Source: Bacteroides sp. (GTDB taxonomy: Bacteria > Bacteroidota > Bacteroidia > Bacteroidales > Muribaculaceae). From it: DNA of 32,118 bases. Made by a program: the position numbers and the translations under genes. The stretch lies in assembly GCA_014801595.1 (NCBI GenBank), contig JAAVDV010000030.1, forward strand, positions 12,633 to 44,750. The letters run 5' to 3'. The notes under the pieces were generated by a model. It did no database searches. It saw nothing but the letters and a program-made list of their open reading frames with translations, and was not told where the DNA came from. This document shows, in pieces, positions 18,132 through 25,432 of the stretch (positions are counted from its first letter, which is position 1; each line of letters opens with the position of its first letter).

Positions 18132-18206
18132 TTACGAGTAATTATTAGAGCACGCCCCTAATAATAGGGGAACCCGACCTATTAACAGGATGTACCACTT
18201 TTTCAT
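18132..18206 (-). CDS. 24-aa ORF consisting of a lipoprotein signal peptide plus a 6-residue mature part (mini-lipoprotein or truncated remnant)
   Basis: Manual translation MKKWYILLIGRVPLLLGACSNNYS*; lipobox LGAC; A/T-rich initiation region. Confidence 0.5.
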   Translation of the reverse strand: MKKWYILLIGRVPLLLGACSNNYS

Positions 18207-18255
18207 AATATTTAATATTAATTTAGTTTAATAACACCCAATTCCCATAATAGTT

Positions 18256-18272
18256 CAAATATATGAGACCTA
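18256..18272 (+). repeat. Right direct repeat of the insert, overlapping the SprT start codon
   Basis: CAAATATATGAGACCTA; on the minus strand it contains TATATTTG, a perfect -7 box. Confidence 0.7.
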
Positions 18273-18943
18273 CACTTGATTATGTAAGAAGGAAGTTCGA
18301 TGAGTTCAACGCTCTCTGTTTCAACGGGGATCTTCCACCCATCCCGCTGCGCATGAGCAACGCAGGACGCTCGCTCGGAATGTTCGTGCATCCCCGCACA
18401 TGGCCCGCGTGGAAACCGCGCGGCAAGGGAGAATGTCATATGCGTATCAGCACACGTCTCGACCTGCCGGAAGAAGAGGTGGAAAACACTATAATCCACG
18501 AGATGATTCACTACTGGATCTGGTATAAAGGTATCAGGGATAACGGTCAGCACGGGGATGCCTTCATGGAGAAAATGCGAGAAATCAACCGCCGTCACGG
18601 AAGGAAAATCACCGTGCGCCACCGCAGTTCGGAGGAACAGCTGGCCACGGACCGACACCATCGCAACAACTATATATGCGTGCAACACTGGTCAGACGGG
18701 CGCATGACACTCACCGTCTGCGCCCGAACCTGCATCTTCGACATCCACCGCGCCTTCGCCGGACATCCGCAAATCCGGCGGCTCGAATGGTACTGGAGCA
18801 TGGACTCATGGTTCAACCGCTTCCCCCTATCCCGCACTCCCAAAGCCTACCTGCTCTCCCATCCTGACTTCGATTCCCATTTCTCAACCGCCACCCCCTG
18901 CGTCTGCGACGGCAGGACTCTCAAACCCCTGCCACGCAACTGA
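18263..18943 (+). CDS. SprT-like zinc metalloprotease domain protein
   Basis: FDEFNALCFNGDLP, NTIIHEMIH (HExxH) and HGDAF motifs. Confidence 0.9.
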   Translation: MRPTLDYVRRKFDEFNALCFNGDLPPIPLRMSNAGRSLGMFVHPRTWPAWKPRGKGECHMRISTRLDLPEEEVENTIIHEMIHYWIWYKGIRDNGQHGDAFMEKMREINRRHGRKITVRHRSSEEQLATDRHHRNNYICVQHWSDGRMTLTVCARTCIFDIHRAFAGHPQIRRLEWYWSMDSWFNRFPLSRTPKAYLLSHPDFDSHFSTATPCVCDGRTLKPLPRN

Positions 18944-19014
18944 ACGAGAGAGCTGCGGGGGGACACACAACAACATTTTTTCAGCAGAAAAAGCGAATTT
19001 GGTCGGTATTATCT

Positions 19015-19044
19015 TTTGCAGTATGGAAATTATTTGTAATTTTG
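19015..19044 (+). promoter_or_regulatory. Promoter of korAB
   Basis: TTTG (19015-19018) and TAATTTTG (19037-19044). Confidence 0.6.
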
Positions 19045-19143
19045 CGTGCAGTTACGCCGACCGTGGATGAAAGACGTGTCATTTGCTCACGCCCTATCCT
19101 CGGGAAAGCCGACAAACTAACCTTAAACATCTAATACATATCT

Positions 19144-20994
19144 ATGTTACCCGGCACTAATGTCAAGACCTTGGACCGTGTGGTTGTCCGTTTCTCGGGC
19201 GACTCCGGCGACGGAATGCAGCTCGCTGGTAATATCTTCTCCAACGTTTCCGCAGGAGAGGGTAGCCAAATCAGTACTTTCCCGGATTATCCCGCCGAAA
19301 TACGTGCCCCGCAAGGCTCGCTCAGCGGAGTCTCGGGCTTCCAGGTGAACGTCGGCAAGGGCGTACACACACCCGGCGACGAAGCCGACGTGCTCGTGGC
19401 TATGAACCCCGCCGCCCTGAAGACCAACCTCAAGTATCTCAAACCCGGCGGCATCATAATCTGCGATGTCGACACTTTCCGTCCCGCAGATCTGAAAAAA
19501 GCTGAATACAAGACCGACGATCCCGTAACCGAACTCGGCATCGACCCCCAGCGCATCATGCTCGTGCCGATGACGACGCTCCTGAAGCATACTCTCGAAG
19601 ATTCCGGCATGGACCCGAAGTCAATCCTGAAATGCAAGAATATGCTCGCCCTCGGCCTTATCTGCTGGCTGATGGATCGCCCGGTGGAGAGTGTGCTCCG
19701 CAAACTCCAGACTAAATTCGCCAAGAAACCCGCCGTCTACGAAGCCAACGCGAAGGTTGTGCAGGCCGGTTGGGACTACGGCCACAACACTCACTCCTCG
19801 ATGTCGACCTATCGCATCGAGACAGATGATGTCGTGCCCGGAACATATACCGACGTCAACGGCAACACCGCCACGGCCTGGGGCCTCATAATGGCCTCCG
19901 AAAAGAGCGGCCGTCCCCTCTTCCTCGGCTCTTATCCCATCACCCCCGCCACAGATATTCTTCATGAACTCGCAAAGCGCAAGGACCTCGGCGTGAAGGC
20001 CTGCCAGATGGAGGATGAGATCGCAGGCGTTTGCTCGGCAATCGGCGCAAGCTATGCCGGCCACCTCGCCGTGACATCCACTTCCGGTCCCGGCCTCGCC
20101 CTCAAGAGTGAAGGTATCGGTCTGGCCGTCATGGCCGAGCTTCCGCTCGTTGTCATCGACGTGCAGCGCGGCGGTCCCTCTACGGGTCTCCCGACCAAGA
20201 CAGAGCAGACCGACCTCATGCAAGCCCTCTACGGCCGCAACGGTGAATCCCCGCTCTGCGTCCTCGCCGCCGCAAGCCCCACCGACTGCTTCACCATGGC
20301 CTTCGAGGCCGCCCGAATCGCAATCGAGCATATGACCCCGGTCATCCTGCTGACCGACGCCTTCATCGCCAACGGCAGCTCGGCATGGCGTATTCCGGAA
20401 GCTGATGAATTCCCTGAAATCCGCCCCCACTACGTCACAGGCGACATGCTTGAGAACGGTTGGAAACCTTTCGACCGCGACAATAACCAGGTGCGTTTCT
20501 GGGCTATCCCGGGCACCGACGGCGCGATGCACCGTGTCGGCGGTCTTGAGAAGGATATCAAGACTTCCGCCATCTCTACCGACGGCAAGAACCATGAGAA
20601 GATGGTCGAGATCCGTCGCGAGAAAGTGGCCCGTATCGCCGACGACATCCCCGAACTGGAGGTGATGGGCAATCCCGATGCCGACACTATCCTCGTGGGC
20701 TGGGGCGGAACATACGGCCATCTCTGGACAGCGGCCGAGGAACTCAACGCCGGCGGCCATCCCGTGGCATTCGCTCAGTTCCGATACATCAATCCGCTGC
20801 CGAAGAACGCCCTTGAGGTGCTGCGCGGCTACAAGCGCATCATCGTGGCGGAGCTCAACACCGGCATGTTCGCCGACTATCTCCAGATGCATCTCCCCGG
20901 TAAGGAGATTCTGCGCGTCAACAAGGTGGAGGGCCAGCCCTTCATGGTGCGCGAGGTGGTCGACGGCGTGATCCGCCATATGGAAGAAAATTGA
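19144..20994 (+). CDS. korA: 2-oxoacid:ferredoxin oxidoreductase alpha subunit
   Basis: FSGDSGDGMQL, YPITPA, TSGPG and QRGGPSTGLPT motifs. Confidence 0.95.
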   Translation: MLPGTNVKTLDRVVVRFSGDSGDGMQLAGNIFSNVSAGEGSQISTFPDYPAEIRAPQGSLSGVSGFQVNVGKGVHTPGDEADVLVAMNPAALKTNLKYLKPGGIIICDVDTFRPADLKKAEYKTDDPVTELGIDPQRIMLVPMTTLLKHTLEDSGMDPKSILKCKNMLALGLICWLMDRPVESVLRKLQTKFAKKPAVYEANAKVVQAGWDYGHNTHSSMSTYRIETDDVVPGTYTDVNGNTATAWGLIMASEKSGRPLFLGSYPITPATDILHELAKRKDLGVKACQMEDEIAGVCSAIGASYAGHLAVTSTSGPGLALKSEGIGLAVMAELPLVVIDVQRGGPSTGLPTKTEQTDLMQALYGRNGESPLCVLAAASPTDCFTMAFEAARIAIEHMTPVILLTDAFIANGSSAWRIPEADEFPEIRPHYVTGDMLENGWKPFDRDNNQVRFWAIPGTDGAMHRVGGLEKDIKTSAISTDGKNHEKMVEIRREKVARIADDIPELEVMGNPDADTILVGWGGTYGHLWTAAEELNAGGHPVAFAQFRYINPLPKNALEVLRGYKRIIVAELNTGMFADYLQMHLPGKEILRVNKVEGQPFMVREVVDGVIRHMEEN

Positions 20995-21025
20995 ATACAA
21001 CCGGGAATCCCATAAATATAAAACC

Positions 21026-22054
21026 ATGGAATCCAACAACATACAGACAAACTTCGCTCCGCAGGACTATAAGAGCGAGCAGAGTGTGAGATGGTGTCCC
21101 GGCTGCGGCGACCATGCCATCCTCAATGTGCTTCACAAGGCCATGGCGGCAATCGGCGTGGCTCCGAAGGACACGGCCGTTATCTCGGGCATAGGATGCT
21201 CGTCGCGCCTCCCCTATTACATGAATACCTACGGCATGCACACGATCCACGGTCGTGCGGCCGCCATCGCCACAGGCGTCAAGACCGCACGCCCCGATCT
21301 GACCGTATGGCAGATCTCGGGCGACGGCGACGGTCTCGCTATCGGCGGCAATCACTTCATCCACGCCGTAAGACGCAATATCGATATCAATATCCTCCTC
21401 TTCAACAATAAGATCTACGGTCTGACCAAGGGTCAGTACTCCCCCACATCCGACCGTGGCGCGGTCACCAAGTCATCCCCCTACGGCACGACCGAGGATC
21501 CCTTTATCCCCGCTGAGCTCGTCTTCGGAGCCCGCGGCAACTTCTTCGCCCGTTCGATCGACATCGCCCTCGACACTACGAAGGAGGTGATGATCGCCGC
21601 CGCACGCCACAAAGGAGCATCCGTCGTGGAGGTGCTGCAGAACTGCGTCATCTTCAACAACGGCTCCCACTCCTTCCTCAGCGACAAGGAGAAACGCGAC
21701 GAACACACCATCCATCTGCGCCAGGGGCAGAAGATGCTCTTCGGCAAGGATATGGAAAAGGGTCTCGTGCAGGATGGATTCGGCCTGAAGGCCGTCACCA
21801 TCGGCGAGGATGGCTGGACGCTCGACGACGTGCTCGTACACGACGCCACGACCCGCACCAACTTCCTCCACCAGCAGCTCGCCATGATGGACGGACATGA
21901 GCTCCCGCTCGCAATCGGCGTGATCCGCGACGTCGAGGCCCCGAGCTACGAGGCCGACGTCGAGGCCCAGGTGAAAGCCGTAAAGGAGAAGAAAGGTTTC
22001 TCCTCCCTGCGCGACATGATCCTGCGCTCCACGGAGACATGGACAGTGGAGTAA
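21026..22054 (+). CDS. korB: 2-oxoacid:ferredoxin oxidoreductase beta subunit
   Basis: WCPGCGD, SGIGCSSR, GDGD TPP motif and YGLTKGQYSPTS. Confidence 0.95.
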   Translation: MESNNIQTNFAPQDYKSEQSVRWCPGCGDHAILNVLHKAMAAIGVAPKDTAVISGIGCSSRLPYYMNTYGMHTIHGRAAAIATGVKTARPDLTVWQISGDGDGLAIGGNHFIHAVRRNIDINILLFNNKIYGLTKGQYSPTSDRGAVTKSSPYGTTEDPFIPAELVFGARGNFFARSIDIALDTTKEVMIAAARHKGASVVEVLQNCVIFNNGSHSFLSDKEKRDEHTIHLRQGQKMLFGKDMEKGLVQDGFGLKAVTIGEDGWTLDDVLVHDATTRTNFLHQQLAMMDGHELPLAIGVIRDVEAPSYEADVEAQVKAVKEKKGFSSLRDMILRSTETWTVE

Positions 22055-22096
22055 TCCACACCCTCCCGATCCCTATCCATACATCCCATATTCTAC

Positions 22097-22137
22097 GCCC
22101 CCGAAGATGCCCTTGGCACACCTTCGGGGGTATTTTC
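22097..22137 (+). terminator. Intrinsic terminator after korB
   Basis: GCCCCCGAAG...CTTCGGGGGT followed by ATTTTC. Confidence 0.75.
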
Positions 22138-22323
22138 TGCTTAAAAACATAAAAAATGATGCACGGATTTAAAAAAATTGTGCAATTTCAAGTGAAAAAT
22201 TTTCTCAATTGAAATTTTATCGCTTAATTTGCAGTCTGAAACGCCCTCACTCCCTGAGGAGGAGAGCGAATCAACCCGAAACAAGACAAAAATCCTTATA
22301 TTAACACATAAATCTGAACAACT

Positions 22324-22560
22324 ATGTCTGATGTTGCAAGCAAAGTAAAAGAGATCATCGTCGACAAGCTGACTGTAGATGAGGCTGAGGTAACTCCCAC
22401 CGCAGAATTCAGCAAGGACCTGGGTGCGGATTCACTGGACACAGTGGAGCTGATCATGGAATTCGAGAAGGAATTCGGTATCTCTATCCCCGACGAGGAC
22501 GCTGAGAAGATCACCACTGTAGGCGACGCTATCGCTTACATCGAGAACCATCAGGGTTGA
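22324..22560 (+). CDS. acpP: Acyl carrier protein
   Basis: [20 protein letters not shown] phosphopantetheine motif. Confidence 0.98.
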   Translation: MSDVASKVKEIIVDKLTVDEAEVTPTAEFSKDLGADSLDTVELIMEFEKEFGISIPDEDAEKITTVGDAIAYIENHQG

Positions 22561-22711
22561 TCGCCTCTCCCCTGCCGTCCTGACGCAGGGCTGCATCAAC
22601 AACAACACCTATCAAGAGTCGGGGCTGGATCCGTAGCGTGCTGACACACGACGGATTCAGATTCTGACTCTTACTTGATTATTCACTATCAATCAATTTC
22701 CTCAACATCAT

Positions 22712-23977
22712 ATGGAATTAAAAAGAGTTGTCATTACCGGCCTCGGCGCCCTCAGCCCCCTCGGCAACAATGTGGCCGAGACCTGGAAGAACGCCGTCGA
22801 CGGCAAAAGCGGCGCCGGCCCCATCACCCACTTCGACTCATCGCTTTTCAAGACGCAGTTCGCTTGTGAGGTAAAGGATTTTAAGCCCGAGGAGCATTTT
22901 GACCGCAAGAAGCTGCGTCAGCTCGATCTCTACGCGCAATATGCCCTCGTGGCAGCGCAGGAGGCTATCGACGACGCCAAGCTCGATTCCGACGAGGGTG
23001 TCGACAAGAACCGTGTCGGTGTCGTCTTCGCTGCCGGCATCGGCGGCCTGCACACTTTCGAGGAGGAGGCCGGATACTATGCCATGAATGCCGACAAGGG
23101 ACCGAAATACAATCCTTTCTTCATTCCCAAGATGATCGCCGACATCGCGGCCGGACACATCTCGATCGACCATGGTTACCACGGCCCGAACTTCGGAACC
23201 GTATCCGCCTGCGCATCAAGCAACAACGCTCTGATCGACGCATTTAACCTCATACGTCTCGGACAGGCCGACGCGATTGTGGCCGGAGGCGCGGAAGCTG
23301 CGGTATTCCCCGCAGGTGTGGGCGGCTTCAATTCAATGAAGGCGCTTTCAACCCGCAACGATGATCCCCAGGGTGCTTCCCGCCCCTTCAGCGGATCTCG
23401 CGACGGCTTCGTCATCGGTGAGGGAGCGGCCGCTCTCGTGCTCGAGGAGCTTGAGCATGCCAAGGCTCGCGGCGCCCACATCTATGCCGAGGTGGCCGGC
23501 GGCGGCCTGAGCGCCGACGCTTTCCACATCACCGCCACTCACCCCGAGGGACTCGGCGCACGTCTCGTCATGGAAAATGCCCTGCGCGACGCCGGAATGA
23601 AACCGGAGGAGATCGATTACATCAACCTCCACGGCACTTCCACCCCCGTAGGCGATATCTCGGAGGCCAAGGCTATCAAGCAGGTTTTCGGCGACCACGC
23701 ATATAAGATGAACCTCAGCTCCACCAAGTCGATGACAGGCCATCTGCTCGGTGCGGCCGGAGCAATCGAGGCCCTCTTCAGCGTCAAGGCCATCGAGAAC
23801 GGCATAATTCCTCCGACAATCAACCATGTCGAGGGTGACAATGATCCCGAGGTGGATTATGATCTGAACTTCACGTTCAACAAGGCCGTGAAGCGCGATG
23901 TGAACGCCGTGCTCTCCAATACTTTCGGTTTCGGAGGACACAACGCCTGCATCATCCTCAAGAAATACAAAGATTGA
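22712..23977 (+). CDS. fabF: Beta-ketoacyl-ACP synthase II
   Basis: RVVITGLG, SACAS, HGTSTPVGD, SSTKSMTGHLLGA and SNTFGFGGHN. Confidence 0.98.
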   Translation: MELKRVVITGLGALSPLGNNVAETWKNAVDGKSGAGPITHFDSSLFKTQFACEVKDFKPEEHFDRKKLRQLDLYAQYALVAAQEAIDDAKLDSDEGVDKNRVGVVFAAGIGGLHTFEEEAGYYAMNADKGPKYNPFFIPKMIADIAAGHISIDHGYHGPNFGTVSACASSNNALIDAFNLIRLGQADAIVAGGAEAAVFPAGVGGFNSMKALSTRNDDPQGASRPFSGSRDGFVIGEGAAALVLEELEHAKARGAHIYAEVAGGGLSADAFHITATHPEGLGARLVMENALRDAGMKPEEIDYINLHGTSTPVGDISEAKAIKQVFGDHAYKMNLSSTKSMTGHLLGAAGAIEALFSVKAIENGIIPPTINHVEGDNDPEVDYDLNFTFNKAVKRDVNAVLSNTFGFGGHNACIILKKYKD

Positions 23978-24012
23978 CAATATCCCGTAATACATCCATA
24001 AAGTCTCTCTGA

Positions 24013-24049
24013 CGGCGGCCGGCATCCCCTCATGGGATTCCGGCCGCCG
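24013..24049. terminator. Hairpin between convergent fabF and WYL genes
   Basis: CGGCGGCCGG-C-ATCCC...GGGAT-T-CCGGCCGCCG inverted repeat. Confidence 0.65.
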
Positions 24050-24065
24050 CTCCGTTCAAACGCCC

Positions 24066-24989
24066 TCAGCGGGTCGCGGAGGAGCCGGCAGGGCTATCCG
24101 AGTATTGCTCCAGCGCCCCCCGGAGAGCCTCCACGACCATCACGCGCAGCTCCGGAGGATCGAGCACCTTGACGGCGTCGCCGAAGGCCATGATCTCATG
24201 CACAAGCTCGTAGTTGAGCTGAAGTCGGTAAGTGAACACACTGTAGTCATCGTGCATCTCCTCCTGCTGGGAGGGATGGAGCGGCAGGGCTCTCAGATAT
24301 TTGGCCTGACGTGATGACGTGCGCAGCCGCACGGTGTGCACCGGAGCCTTCGATGTCGTGATTCCTATGATATTTCCGAAGTAATCGGCTGTGCTGACAC
24401 CCTCCGGGAGCTTGAAATGATGCTCCGTGAGCGTCAGGGCCTTTATACGGTCGAGAGCATATGTACGCACCCCTCCATCCTTCTCGCGGCAACCAAGCAT
24501 ATACCAGCGTTGTTTGTAGCGTTTCAGAAACCATGGACTGAAGAGTATGTCGCGCTCCGCACGCGAACGGTTGAAGCCCGCATACGTGAAACTGACCTTC
24601 GTGGAGTTGCGTATCGCTTCGAGCACCGAAGGGAGCCATTCACGGGCCGAGGGAACATCCTCCACCTCCACCCGCTCCGAAGCCTCGGGAGAATCCGAGA
24701 TAGCTCCGTTGACCGCATAGTTGTCGAGCATAAGGTTGGTCAGCGAACGGTTGCGCGCCAGCGATCCGGGATTGATGTAGTAATGCCCTGTGGAATCGCA
24801 ATTGATATCGATATGGAAATTCTGTTCGATGGAGCGACGGTAATGATGGAATGTGCGCTCGGGCAGATCGCGCCCGTTGGAGACGGAGGAACGTCGCCAC
24901 AGTTCATTGAGGCGTTCGCGGGTCAGACGGTCATAACGGGTAAGGGTATCGATGATCCATACATATTTGCTGAAAAGATCGCGTGTCAT
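24066..24989 (-). CDS. WYL-domain transcriptional regulator (HTH-WYL-WCX)
   Basis: N-terminal YVWIIDT...ERTFH HTH, QRWYMLG...RTYALDRI WYL core, and YLRALPLHPSQ plus VKVLDPPELR WCX. A TATTTTTG box lies at 25028-25021. Confidence 0.93.
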   Translation of the reverse strand: MTRDLFSKYVWIIDTLTRYDRLTRERLNELWRRSSVSNGRDLPERTFHHYRRSIEQNFHIDINCDSTGHYYINPGSLARNRSLTNLMLDNYAVNGAISDSPEASERVEVEDVPSAREWLPSVLEAIRNSTKVSFTYAGFNRSRAERDILFSPWFLKRYKQRWYMLGCREKDGGVRTYALDRIKALTLTEHHFKLPEGVSTADYFGNIIGITTSKAPVHTVRLRTSSRQAKYLRALPLHPSQQEEMHDDYSVFTYRLQLNYELVHEIMAFGDAVKVLDPPELRVMVVEALRGALEQYSDSPAGSSATR

Positions 24990-25090
24990 ATCGGCGCTTG
25001 TTTCTTATTTTAATTTTACGCAAAAATAATGATTTCCGTTAAAAATATCATATCCACACTATAAAAATATCTCTCTGAATAGGAAAGAAC

Positions 25091-25122
25091 GTTGCACATC
25101 TGAAAAATAATTATTAAATTTG
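25091..25122 (+). promoter_or_regulatory. tRNA promoter
   Basis: GTTG-N20-TAAATTTG. Confidence 0.65.
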
Positions 25123-25197
25123 CAGTGTCTTCCGGGCGATGGCATGACTTTTCCATATCTCAATTACCATACCGGGTCATCGTCGGAAGTCAAGGAT

Positions 25198-25268
25198 TGT
25201 CTTATGGTGTAATGGTAGCACTACAGGTTTTGGTTCTGTCTGTCCAGGTTCGAATCCTGGTAAGACAA
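25198..25268 (+). tRNA. tRNA-Gln(TTG)
   Basis: Acceptor stem TGTCTTA/TAAGACA, D arm GGTGTAATGGTAGCAC, anticodon arm ACAGG-TT-TTG-GT-TCTGT, T arm CCAGG-TTCGAAT-CCTGG; CCA is not encoded. Confidence 0.96.
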
Positions 25269-25278
25269 CACAATCCTC

Positions 25279-25316
25279 AATGGGAGTTAAGATTAATCTT
25301 AACTCCCATTCCTTTT
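25279..25316 (+). terminator. tRNA terminator built from a perfect 32-bp palindrome
   Basis: AATGGGAGTTAAGATT|AATCTTAACTCCCATT followed by CCTTTT. Confidence 0.7.
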
Positions 25317-25375
25317 ATTATCAGATTATTCTGAGCCTATCGATGGAGATTCGAAATATATACTTCACTATGAAA

Positions 25376-25412
25376 TAAAATAAAGTGAGCGCGGATTGAT
25401 CCGCGCTCACTT
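25376..25412 (-). terminator. Terminator of the large secreted-protein gene
   Basis: AAGTGAGCGCGGAT-TG-ATCCGCGCTCACTT, with a T-rich tail on the minus strand. Confidence 0.8.
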
Positions 25413-25432
25413 ACTTCAGGAACCATGTAGTT

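Noticed and set aside
19621-21042. 473-aa minus-strand ORF
   Set aside because: Antisense shadow of korA caused by codon bias; no recognisable motifs.
25125-25334. 69-aa ORF
   Set aside because: Overlaps tRNA-Gln and its terminator.
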